DNA of 63,657 bases, counting the filler, from Basidiobolus ranarum (lineage: Eukaryota): NCBI GenBank assembly GCA_040143965.1. It is 34 parts of 34 records of this genome, joined end to end, with 100 filler letters (N's around TTAATTAATTAA, not from the genome) between each part and the next. Parts side by side here need not be neighbours in the genome. Positions count along the whole stretch, not along the records: positions 50,670 to 52,440 come from JASJQH010011246.1; positions 52,541 to 54,310 come from JASJQH010011247.1; positions 54,411 to 56,180 come from JASJQH010011248.1; positions 56,281 to 58,050 come from JASJQH010011249.1; positions 58,151 to 59,920 come from JASJQH010011250.1; positions 60,021 to 61,789 come from JASJQH010011251.1; 28 more parts are not named here. One strand, 5' to 3'. How positions within the stretch are numbered: the stretch's first letter is position 1; every line of letters begins with the position of its first letter. The notes below the pieces were generated by a model. That model worked only from the letters and a program-made list of their open reading frames with translations, ran no database searches and was not told the DNA's origin. Positions 50,670 through 61,889 of the stretch are shown here, one piece after another. Position numbers and translations under genes: made by a program.

Positions 50670-52440
50670 GCCAATGTGAGTTGATGCTGTAAGAATATAT
50701 TAACAATATCCACACACAACTCCCAATGTTGCCAATACTTATCAGGCACAAATCTTTTCAAATTCCACTTGAATATGTACCGGTCCCATACTTCCAGTCT
50801 TTGCATTTGAATAAATGCCTAGATGAGTGGATATTGATGGAAGTCCTGGTAAAATATGATGGTATCATGACATTTTGAAGCATTTTCCCAATTGATTCAA
50901 ACTATGATCCTATCTCAAGTGGCTCATTCATATTGAATCTTCCACTATATAGCTGAGTAAGTAGTATTGGAATGTTGTTCAATCGTAAGTGCATAGTACC
51001 TAATGGGAAGCTCTGGCTCCAGCTGATCCCTTTTAGCAATATAATCTTGGGCTTAAGGCTAACAACAAATTTGATGTTAGACTGACTATTTGGTGATTTT
51101 ATATCAGTGGCCATATTGAAATCTGACTGGGCTCTTGATAATAAAATCATGAAGTTTAGTGTTGTACTTGGATAGTAGTAATGTGTGTGCATGTTAGAGT
51201 AAAATCAATTGATTTGACAAAATCTACAGCAAGAGAGTGCATTGTGCCCACAAAAACCTCCAAGTTTACTGATGGCAGGAGTGTCACCAATACACGGTAT
51301 GCTATTAGCTTTAATAAAACTCACCCATCTGAACCCCATTAGATAACCATTCAAATTTTACAATCAAAGGCTCCAAGAAGCTATCTATAAGTACTGGTGA
51401 TTTAGGTCCAGATATGATGGATAGTATCAAAATATTATGACTCATATACTGCTCTGAAGGACAAACATTTAAGTTGATTAAAATTATTGGCTAGCAAGTC
51501 TTTCCAATAGCATATTTGTTTAGTGAGAAACCATCCAGAGCCAATGCATGATCATACATGTTCTCAAAGAAACCTTGACTTTTCAGATTCTGGTAGTGAT
51601 ATCCATCAAGTATATCAGTAATACCATCATCTTTACAGTGAGTGCTTTGGTATTGTATTAATGATTTATATTTGAGTTATTTCATCAAAATTTTAAGATG
51701 GGGAATCAATGATATGTAAGCCAATTATGAACAATATTTATCTGATTCAGTGATTGCCATTTGTGTGCAAACAGCACATGACCTCAGGTTTTTCAGATCA
51801 CCAGTGAAAGCCAAACAACCATTGGGACATGAAGGTAGTTTAATTACTGAAGGTTTATAAGTCATACAATTGACAAGTGTTTTCCACTTGTACCAGGTCT
51901 GTGACAAGCAACAGTTGCCAATCAACTGTGGTAAAAGTGTAAGAAAACCAATAAAAACCTGGTTGCTAAGATTGGATTGAACTCTCCACTTCTCAATATT
52001 CAAGGCTGCTTCCTTTACAGTAAGTGTTATCAGTAGACTAATGTTTGCCAATAACAAAGGGTCAGTAACAAAACTGTTATCTTCTTCTTTAACTTCTTTT
52101 GTACTACCATTGGTACTGGAATAACCAAGGTCAACATCTAACAGCAAGTCCTCATAGTTGTCTGGACTTACTGGTTTGACCCAAGTTGCATTTTGACCTA
52201 CATCATTCTGTTCATATAACTGTGGTAACTCCATGGTATCTTGACTTTTGGCAGTGTTACTAAAACTTTCAGTCAAACTACAGTCAGTGGACTCAATGGG
52301 CAAAACTCAAGTTAATTTGGTGTACTTATTACTATTGTTATACAACAGGCTTTGTGCAGCTGGCGTCTTTGTAGAGCAACCGTGTTTGTGATTATTTTTT
52401 CTATGAAGCCTCCTGCTTTCATAGCACAAGAATTTGCAAC
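50670..52440 (-). mobile_element. CACTA-like transposase, 5' two-thirds (decayed)
   Basis: Links the N-terminal acidic region, CPNGCLAF, ALDGFS, GDTPA and GTMH on one contig. Confidence 0.9.
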
Positions 52441-52540
52441 NNNNNNNNNNNNNNNNNNNNNNNNNNNNNNNNNNNNNNNNNNNNTTAATTAATTAANNNN
52501 NNNNNNNNNNNNNNNNNNNNNNNNNNNNNNNNNNNNNNNN

Positions 52541-54310
52541 TCATCATTACTTGAGTTAGTTTCTGGCATGTTAATGCTTTCCAAAGTGGATAGTGGAGCA
52601 CTGGACTTCTCATCAATTAAGTCGTCTGTTCTTGCTAGTTTTTTCTTTTTGTGCCAGCAGGCATTAGCTGGGAAGCCAATTTTGATTTGGATTTTGAATG
52701 CTTTTTGAATACCATTGAAATTTTCAAAAGGTAAACTTGATGAAATGAAATTGCTTAGAAACAGCTTATATAAACAAAAATTACCATCCATTACCAGAAA
52801 TATCTTGTACATCACCTGATGACTCATCTGTGACACCATCTCAAAATCAGCTGATGATATTGATGGACTATACCTAAAATACCGCCCTTACATGGGAGGT
52901 GTTCATTTTTCTACAATATCTTTTTCATGCTACAACACAAACATTCAAAGAAGCCCAGCTATTATTGTCACAAATTCTTGTGCTATGAAAGCCAGAGGCT
53001 TCATAGAAAAAATAATCACAAGCACAGTCACTGTACAAAGCCACCAGCTGCATAAAGCATGGTGTATAGCAACAGTAATAAGTGCACTAAATCAACTTTA
53101 GTTTTGGCCATTGAGTCCACTGACTGTAGCTTGCCTCAAAGTTTTGGTAACCCTGCCTAAAGTCAAGATACCATGAAGTTACCACAGTTCTATGACCAGA
53201 ATGATGTAGGTCAAAATGCAACTTTGGTTAAACCAGTAAGTCCAGACAACCTTAAGAACTTGCTGCTAGACGTTGACCTTGGTTATTCCAGTACCAATGG
53301 TAGTAAGTCAGAAGTTGAAGAAGAAGATGACGGTTTTGTTATAGACTCATTATTATTGGCAAACATTAGTTGGGTTAGATATAACTTCCAAATTTAGCAC
53401 TCTTCCAACTGATGTACCTGTTTCATATGGAGAAATTAAGCTTTTTTGCCAGTATATCTGACTCTGGATTTGCAGATCTTTGTAATGGTGTGAAGATTTT
53501 GGTAAGTGGGACACTAGAGCCTAAGCTCACTGGCTCCTTTGCTTTTCCCTTGAGTTTATCAACTTCCTGCTCCTTCAGTGTTTCTTTAGCTGCTTTTCTT
53601 TCTTTTCCCAGTCAATAATTGCATACATTTTTGAGGTGTTTCATGAATAGGCCTATACTAGCCCAATTGCCATTTGCTTACAAAAACCCAGGATAAGGCA
53701 CATGAAATAAGTCAAGAATCTTGAGAGTAATGCCTGGTTTTTGGTTTTTCCACAATTTGCTCAAATCCAGGAGATTTTGGGCAAGATTCTGCACAGTTTC
53801 CAAAATGTTAAACCACTCATCCTCAGAGCAAGTGATGGCAGCTCTGATATTCAGAGTCTTTTGGTTTGGCAGTTTTTCTATGAGATTTCTACTTTGATGT
53901 GCCCTAGCAATTTTGGGTTGTTGTGTAGGCTTAATGGTCAAACACATATTCTGCTCTGCTAGATTGTCATGGTGACATTCATATGTATAGTGTGGGATTG
54001 ATTGAAATCCTGTATGAGAATGGACAGAGGGAGCAGCTTGTTGCTGTAGCTCAAGTACAGCATTCTGAAGGTCTTGTATCATTATTGAGTGACTATATAA
54101 CAGTTGACTAGTTGCTACCAAACACTGCGTTAATTGTAATATTGCAGTGTTATTGGTTGTCATGGCCTGTATAGCAACTTCTTGATTTTTACTTATGATT
54201 GCATACAAATCATTGTGGTGTTCTGGCTCCAATTCCATTGTTGTAATAACTCAATCTAAATTTTTTATGGAGAGTTGTTCAATAGAGGCAAAGTAGCCAT
54301 TTTGGAAGTT
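52541..54310. mobile_element. ORF-B 5' (minus), spacer, transposase 5' (plus, ~52927..53370), then another ORF-B copy (minus)
   Basis: Colinear with 13172..14951. Confidence 0.85.
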
Positions 54311-54410
54311 NNNNNNNNNNNNNNNNNNNNNNNNNNNNNNNNNNNNNNNNNNNNTTAATTAATTAANNNNNNNNNNNNNNNNNNNNNNNNNNNNNNNNNN
54401 NNNNNNNNNN

Positions 54411-55389
54411 CAGAGCAAGTGAGAGCAGCTCTGACATTCAGAGTCTTCTGGGTTGCTGGTTTTCCTATGAGATTTGTACTTTCATGTGCCCAACCAATAT
54501 TGGGTCATTGTGTAGGCTTAATGGTCCAACAGATATTCTGCTTTGCTAGATTGTCATGATGATGTTCATATGTATGGGGTGGGTTTGATTGAAATCCTGT
54601 ATTAGAATGGATGGAAGGTGCAGCATGTTGCTGTAGCACAAGTACAGCATTTGGAGCAGCATGTTGCTGTAGCTCAAGTACATCATTCTGAAGGTCTTGT
54701 AGCATTGTCAAGTGACTCTCTAACTGTTCACTAGTTGCTTCCAATTGCTGCATTGATTGCAATAATGTGGTATTATTGCTTGTCATGGCCTGAATAGCAG
54801 CTTTGCAGCTTTTAATTATGATTGCATACAAATCACTATGGTGTTTGGCCTGTAAATATATTGTGGTAATAGTTCTATCCTAATTTTCTTCCAAGGGTTG
54901 TTCAATAGCAGGCAAAACAGCCATTTTGGAAGTTGATGATCTTGATGGTGTTTCTGTTGAACTTTGCTCAACTGTTGATTTACTATGTCATTGAGGGATT
55001 AGAATCTTTTCACTTGCACTATAGCTGGAAATGGAAATATATGGTAAATTGATTAATGCTTCATCATTACTTGAGTTAGTTTCTGGCATGTTCATACCTT
55101 TCAAAGCAGATAGTGGTTCACTAAAATGCTCATCAATTAAGTCCTCTGTTCTTACAGGTTTTGTTCCTTTTGTGCCAGTAAGCTTCAGCTTAGAAGCCAA
55201 TTTTGATTTTGACTTTGAACACTTTTTGAGCGGTATTGAAACTCGGTGAAATGAAATTGGTTAGAAACAGCTTATAATAGGCCAAAGCTGCCATCCATTA
55301 TCAGAAATATCTTGTAAATCCCCTGATTAATCATCTGTGAGATCATCTCAGAATCAGCTGATGATATTGCTGCGATATACCTAAAATGC
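54411..55389 (-). mobile_element. Decayed ORF-B 5' half and part of the spacer
   Basis: Homologous to ~13820..14770; has a 36-nt in-frame duplication (NxVLxLQQHAAP twice). Confidence 0.85.
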
Positions 55390-56180
55390 TGCTAAAGTAT
55401 TTGGGAGTTGTCAAAAGTGGTTTGGAGAATTAGAAGAATTGGTGGTTTTCACTTGTTGATTTATTGAGTAAAAAGTTGACATTTACAGTTTTGTCAAGAT
55501 GAAATCAAACTGACTTGTAGAATGTGTCAAGGAAGGTCCCAGGAACATGTGTACAAAGTTTGGGGCTTCTAGCACAAGTTTGAAAAATCAATATATCTGA
55601 GAACTTCTAAGTTAGTAAGAATATTCCAGGTAACTTCTCATTGAGAATAATTGATAATATCTTAGTGAATTAGAAGATAACTAGGTACTAAGTTATATAT
55701 GACTATGTAGATGTTAAGGTAATGCTAATTTCAACAATCTCCCTCAACTAAATAGTCATAGACACTAATCCTAATAAAGGTCTAAATTTCTCACATTTTT
55801 GTCTAGCTAATGGTTTGGATAATATATCAGCAATCATGTCTCCTGTAGAGCAATTAGTTAAGTCAATAAACATATTCTCTATAGTGTCTCTAATGAAGTA
55901 ATGTTTGATAACTATATGTTTGCTTCTATTATGAAACATGGGATTTTGAGCTAATTTGATACAACTTTGATTATATTGAAATATTAAAGTGGATGAATCT
56001 TGAGAATAACCCAAATCAGGCAAGAGTTTTCTTAACCATATTGCTTCTTTTGTAGCTTCAGAGGCAGCCATATATTCATCTTCTAATGCTGAAAGGGCTA
56101 CAGTTGGTTGTTTCTTTGAACTCCAAGGAATAGCTCCATTACAGCAAAGAAATAAGTATCCTTTTGTAGATCTCCTGTCT
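55390..56180 (-). mobile_element. Copia family A RNase H, PPT and 3' LTR-A (55390..55736) inserted in the CACTA-like spacer
   Basis: KEAIWLRKLL...DMIADILSKPL; GAGGGAGAT then TGTTGAAATTAGC. Confidence 0.92.
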
Positions 56181-56367
56181 NNNNNNNNNNNNNNNNNNNN
56201 NNNNNNNNNNNNNNNNNNNNNNNNTTAATTAATTAANNNNNNNNNNNNNNNNNNNNNNNNNNNNNNNNNNNNNNNNNNNNAAATGAAAGGAAAAATTCAA
56301 TTATATCTCCCCGCAATATTTTCCCTCACTCATTGGACTGGTTCACTTTTTTGGTTCTATCTACATC

Positions 56368-56993
56368 ATGAGCAGCTTAAGAATCGAAGTTTTGGGGGCG
56401 TATAGACAACTTCTTCAATCTCAGAGACGTGCTTTTAAAGGTAATTTTGAAGGGATTTTATTGCTAGAATTGTGGATTGTTTGGAATTTAGATAATTAAC
56501 CAAATTACTTTCATAGGTGATGTTCAGGCATTGACAGGTAATGGATAAATCCAGTTTTTTAGGATGTTTCTTGAAAACTAACCTTCGATATATGCCAACT
56601 ATAAGCCGCTCATCAGAAAACTCGTCAAGAATTTATGAACAGCCGAGATGATACTGACAGCAAGACAATTCATGAGGTAAATCCTATTCTCATCCTATAA
56701 TGAAGTCTCCTCGCTAAAAGTATCAATTTTCTGGTGTAGAAAATCGCCCTTGCAAAGCAAGTAGCCACTTTGTTGCACCGTAATATTGTTCAAGGAGTTC
56801 AAAAAGAAAACCAAGTTTACAGTAAGTTGATATTTGTCTATTACCTTTGTATAAGCTAAGCAATAACCTTTGCGGACTGGACATAGAACTGCAGCTAGAT
56901 CAAGAGCATGAAATCAATGATAATGATACTATAAACGGGTTCAAGCGCATTAACAAGCATTCTGGCGGATGCTGTGGTGGTTCTGGACATTAG
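56368..56993 (+). CDS. MZM1: Mzm1/LYRM7, LYR-family complex III (Rieske) chaperone; join(56368..56440,56517..56537,56606..56676,56740..56821,56887..56993)
   Basis: Splices to MSSLRIEVLGAYRQLLQSQRRAFKGDVQALTAAHQKTRQEF...VATLLHRNIVQG...YKLQL...EINDNDTI...GCCGG*; four in-phase GT-AG introns; absent from the ORF track. Confidence 0.88.
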
Positions 56994-57141
56994 GAAGCCG
57001 TATGTTCATCTAAAAGCATTGTATAATTGATTCAGCATTTACCACAAACCATTTCAATAAAAAATTGACGACTTGCTCATTTTTGCTAATACATTTGAAT
57101 ATCCATTCTCACGCTTTACTAGTGAAATAATCCGATCTTCT

Positions 57142-57260
57142 TTAGGGTTAGGGTTGGGATTGTGTCAAAATCAGTTCACTTGGTATTTTGGGTTAGGCTA
57201 TAAAGATCACAAATTGTTATGGAGAATGGAGAAAAATTTCCAAGATCAGAAAAATTCACT
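57142..57260 (+). promoter_or_regulatory. RPL15 upstream motifs: TTAGGGTTAGGGTTGGG and RRPE-like GAAAAATT
   Basis: Telomere-like repeat at 57142..57158, GGGTTAGG at 57191, GAAAAATTTC at 57231. Confidence 0.5.
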
Positions 57261-57341
57261 TGGAAGAAATCACCAAATAAAAGCATCCGTTTCACGCCAA
57301 ATTATCTCTCTCTTTGCCTTTTTTACTTCCGAATTTTGAAG

Positions 57342-57516
57342 GTGAGTTTCAAGTAGCCCTCATTTCATCCATCCGACTAGAAATGCACATCCATTAAGAC
57401 TCACTAGCTTGATGTGATAAGCTACTGTTATGTTGTCTTTTTCGCTGTTTCCTTTGACTACGAAATCTCACTTCTATTTGAATCCTCGACTAAACTACCT
57501 TAATTTCTTAATCTAG
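57342..57516 (+). other. Putative 5'-UTR intron of RPL15
   Basis: GAAG|GTGAGT...CTAG| ending 19 nt before the ATG; pyrimidine tract upstream (~57305..57330). Confidence 0.65.
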
Positions 57517-57535
57517 CCGGTAGTCAACACCAAAC

Positions 57536-58050
57536 ATGGGTGCCTACAAGTATATTGAAGAGTTGTACAAGAAGAAGCAGTCCGACGTCATGGGCTTCTT
57601 GCTCCGTGTTCGTTGCTGGGAATACAGACAATTGAACGTTATTCATCGCGCTTCTCGTCCTTCTCGCCCTGATAAGGCCCGTCGTTTGGGCTACAAGGCT
57701 AAGCAAGGATACGTCATCTATCGTATTCGTGTTCGCCGTGGTAACCGTAAGAGACCTGTCTCTAAGGGTGCTCAATTCGGTAAGCCTGTCAACCAAGGTA
57801 TCAACCACCTTAAGTACCAACGTTCCCTTCGTGCCACCGCTGAAGAGCGTGTTGGTCGCAAGTGCGCTAACTTGAGAGTGTTGAACTCATACTGGGTTAA
57901 CCAAGATTCCACCTACAAGTACTTCGAAATCATCCTTGTCGATCCTTCCCACAAGGCTATTCGTCGTGATGCTCGTATCAACTGGATCTGTAACCCTGTT
58001 CACAAGCGTCGTGAAGCTCGTGGTCTTACTGCCATTGGTAAGAAGAACCG
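57536..58050 (+). CDS. RPL15: 60S ribosomal protein eL15, 3' truncated
   Basis: MGAYKY...[16 protein letters not shown]...LRVLNSYW; strongly biased codon usage. Confidence 0.99.
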
Positions 58051-58150
58051 NNNNNNNNNNNNNNNNNNNNNNNNNNNNNNNNNNNNNNNNNNNNTTAATT
58101 AATTAANNNNNNNNNNNNNNNNNNNNNNNNNNNNNNNNNNNNNNNNNNNN

Positions 58151-59920
58151 CTAACATCAAACTTTGTATTAGCAGTAAGCCTAAGATTATATTGCTAAAG
58201 GGGATCAGCTGGAGACAGAGCTTCCCTTTAGGCACTATGCACTCACTATTCACCAACATTCCAATACTACTTACTCAGCTATATAGTGGAAATTTCAAAC
58301 TGAAAAAGCCATGTGAGGTAGGACCAAAGTTTGAATCAATTGGGAAACAGGTTGAAAACATCATGAGACAATCATTTTTTACCAGGACTTCCATCAGTAT
58401 CCACTTGTCTTAGCCTTTGTTGAAATGCAAATACTGGAAGTATTGGATTTGAAATATATTGAAGTGGAATTTTGAAAAGATTTCTGTCCAATAAGTATTG
58501 CCATCATTAGGAGTTGCTTGTCAATATTTTTACTATATTCATATGGCATCAACTCACATTGGCAAATCTCCGGCAGATACAGCAACTCTACAAATTTTTG
58601 TAACTAGATATGAAAGACTGTATTATTGGCTTAAAGAAGATAGTATCTTATTATATGATTAACAAAGATAGATTAATTTTATGCTGTTATTCATTACTTT
58701 CACAGCTGCATTGTTCACAATACTTGGGGATAATAGGCCCTGGCTATACATTCCACAAGTTCCCAATCAAGCATACCTGTGGTGAAATAATGCTCTGTGT
58801 GAAATTGTCAGTACTACCATATGCTAATCTGATAAACAATGTATTAGCAAAATCAGTGATGTATGTAATGCAATGGGTTAAGGAGCCTTCAGCATATATT
58901 AACCTTCCAGCAAAGGGCTCTACTCAATGTGCCCATGGGTTTTTGCATTGTTTCAGCACAATCACAGCAACAAAACCCCATGAATGGACTCATAGTAAGT
59001 ATCTCTATAATTTAGACCAATTTTTTTTGTGTGATAATCCAATGATATTTCTAGGAAGGCAGCAAAACAGACATCTTAGTGAGATCAGTCAAAATATACA
59101 GTAATTTCATTTTGCCATGGGGTAATCTTTTCAAGCAATGACATATCTACTTGTGGCAGGACATTTGTTTACTGCAAGTAGGGGATATTTTGGCTGAATT
59201 CTTTATGGAAATTTGAAAATGCTGCTGCAAGAGAAAAAACTTTGGGAAACTGTTGTCAGAGAAGAAAACAATGCAAAACTATCTGAAACCAAAGTTTTAT
59301 TCCAGGTTAAACAAGAATAAAGTGCCTTTAAGACAATTTGTCTTAATAGACTTGTTCCATCAGACCTGGTCAGATTGTGCCACTCAATCCAGCCTGCTAG
59401 TACACCATCTGGCATGATCTGTCAATTACCATGGCTGGGTCCTATAACACTCGATTGGACACTATAAGGGACAATATGGCACTATCCCACCACAATTGGA
59501 CACAATGATTTTATTGGAGATATGGTGCCAGCCCATACCAAGTTACCCAATTTAGTATTGCCAAATTACAATTTTGGGCAACTGACAAAGTAAGTTCATC
59601 CCATAGTTTGTAACTCAAAAATTACTGAATGTGTAACAATAAACAATTTATACTGTAACTTACCCAATCAAATGTATAACCAAGATATTCACATGCTTTT
59701 AGGCCAATCATTTGTCCCTCACTAACACAGTATCCTGATTCTCATTTGGGCACAACAGCTCCTGCATTACAAAACAACAGTAGTTTTGGCACATTGGTGA
59801 CAAATCACAGCACTCAATGATGGATCAATCTGCAATATGATAGTAGTGATCAGGATCGCTTGATTCATTGTTTTTAGATCAGCAAATTATTTATGCAATC
59901 ATGTAAGCTTGTAATTGGGT
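58151..59920 (+). mobile_element. CACTA-like transposase (to ~59213), copia gag piece (~59214..59345), family Y piece (~59350..59920)
   Basis: PLGTMH; KMLLQEK; reverse match to ~39960..40290. Confidence 0.8.
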
Positions 59921-60020
59921 NNNNNNNNNNNNNNNNNNNNNNNNNNNNNNNNNNNNNNNNNNNNTTAATTAATTAANNNNNNNNNNNNNNNNNNNNNNNN
60001 NNNNNNNNNNNNNNNNNNNN

Positions 60021-61789
60021 GAAACCTTGACTTTTCAGATTCTGGTAGTGATATCCATCAAGTATATTGGTAATACCATCAGCTTTATGGTGAGTACTTT
60101 GGTACTGGATCAATGATCTATATTTGGGTGACTTCATCAAAACATTCAGATGGGGAATCAATGGTATGTTAGCCAAATATGAATGATATTTACCTAATTC
60201 AGTGATTGCCAATTGTATGCAAACAGTATATGACTTCAGGCTTTTCAGATCATTGGTGAAAGCCAAACAACCATTTGGACATGAAGGTAGTTTAATTACT
60301 GAAGTATTATAAGTCATAAAATTAACAAGTGTTTTCCACTTGTACTAGGTCTGTGGCAAGCAACAGTTGCCAATCAACTGTGGTAAAAGTGTAAGAAAAC
60401 CAAGAAACACATGGTTGCTAAGATTGGATTGTACTCTCTGCTCCTCAATTATCAAAGCTGCTTCCTTTAGAGTAAGTGTTATGAGTGGACTAATGTTTGC
60501 CAATAACAAAGAGTCCATAACAAAACCATTGTCTTCTTCTTCAACTTCTGATATACTACCATTGGTACTGGAATAACTAAGGTCAACATCTAGCAGCAAG
60601 TCCTCAAAGTTGTCTGGACTTACTGGTTTGACCAAAGTTGCATTTTGACCTACATCATTCTGGTCATATAACTGTGGTAACTCCATGGTATCTTGACTTT
60701 TGGCAGTGTTACCAAAACTTTGAGGCAAACTACAGTCAGTGGACTCAATGGGCAAAACTAAAGTAGATTTAGTGTACTTATTACTGTTGTTATACACCAG
60801 GCTTTGTACAGTGACTGTGCTTGTGATTATTTTTTCTATGAAGCCTCTGGCTTTCATAGCAAAAGAATTTGTGACAATAATAGCAGGGCTTCCTTAAATG
60901 TTTGTATTGCAGCATGAGAAAGATATTATAGAAAAAGAACACCTCCTACGTAAGGGTGGTATTTCAGGTGTAGCCCATTAATATCAACAGCTGATTCTGA
61001 TATGATGTCACAGATGAGTCATCAAGGGATTTACAAGATATTTCTGGTAATGGGTGGTAATTTTGGTTTATTATAAGCTGTTTCTAAGCAAATTCATTAC
61101 ACCAAGTTTACCATCTGAAAATTTCAATGCCATTCAAAAAGGGCTCAAAATCTAAGTCAAAATCAGCTTCCAAGCCAAAGCCTGCTGACACAATAGGAAA
61201 AAAACCCGCAAGAACAGAGGTGTAATTGATGAGCAGTCTAGCAATCTACTATCCACTTTGGAAGGCATTGTAGTTGTTTTAGGGTGTAAGCAGCAACTAT
61301 AACTGCAATATCCTAAGGATTTTGTGAGGTGTTCAAAGGGTGCAATAACCACAGTGGAATAACTCTGGGGTGTAATGTAACATGGGTCTGTCTCATGCCT
61401 TTTGGGTCTTTGTGAAAGGGAATCAAGCCTCTTGAAATGTCTAAGGACTGATAAGCCACTATGCAAAGTCCAGCTTTCTGTTGAATAATATGCTGGCACC
61501 TGACAAAAGAATATACTGGTTTCAATGTCCTTTGAGAATGATCAGATAAAAAGAGTATATCCAATCAAAAACAACTGTAAACCTAGCCAGCAGGGTCATG
61601 AACAAGGATGCACTGGTAGTGATTTATCCAAGGATATGAAAAAGTTCCTTGCCTATGCAGACAAAGCTAGAGAAAAAGTATAAAGTATCAGAAATATAAC
61701 ACCTACCTGTCAGTACTTCCTTTGAGCCAGTCAAGTCCTTTCTAGTCACACAGTAGCCTGTAACTGCCTCTAGTAGTCTCTCTTGAGCT
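60021..61789. mobile_element. Transposase 5' (minus, ATG 60915), spacer, ORF-B start (61127), interrupted at 61269 by an unidentified TG-starting insertion
   Basis: Colinear with contig 13172..14951 until GAAGGCAT|TGTAGTTG. Confidence 0.8.
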
Positions 61790-61889
61790 NNNNNNNNNNN
61801 NNNNNNNNNNNNNNNNNNNNNNNNNNNNNNNNNTTAATTAATTAANNNNNNNNNNNNNNNNNNNNNNNNNNNNNNNNNNNNNNNNNNNN

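Larger units (their letters stand above)
1784..61889. other. 33 artificial 100-bp contig spacers (N44-TTAATTAATTAA-N44); first at 1784..1883, last at 61790..61889
   Basis: Identical spacer every ~1.87 kb. TTAATTAATTAA gives stops in all six frames. Intervening contigs fall in length from 1783 to 1768 bp. Confidence 0.99.

Noticed and set aside
57342..57516. Intronic snoRNA in the RPL15 5'-UTR intron
   Set aside because: No canonical C box with a D box (CTGA), and no clear H/ACA structure.
57524..57820. 98-aa ORF antisense to RPL15
   Set aside because: Typical shadow ORF of a codon-biased, highly expressed gene.
962..58050. Apparent ribosome/growth gene cluster (SFP1, CAF40, RPL15)
   Set aside because: The genes lie on different contigs joined only by length sorting; only MZM1-RPL15 adjacency is real.
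1784..61889. Regularly spaced identical TTAATTAATTAA repeats resembling a CRISPR-like or cassette array
   Set aside because: Embedded in N runs with fixed 44+12+44 geometry between length-sorted contigs; a synthetic linker.
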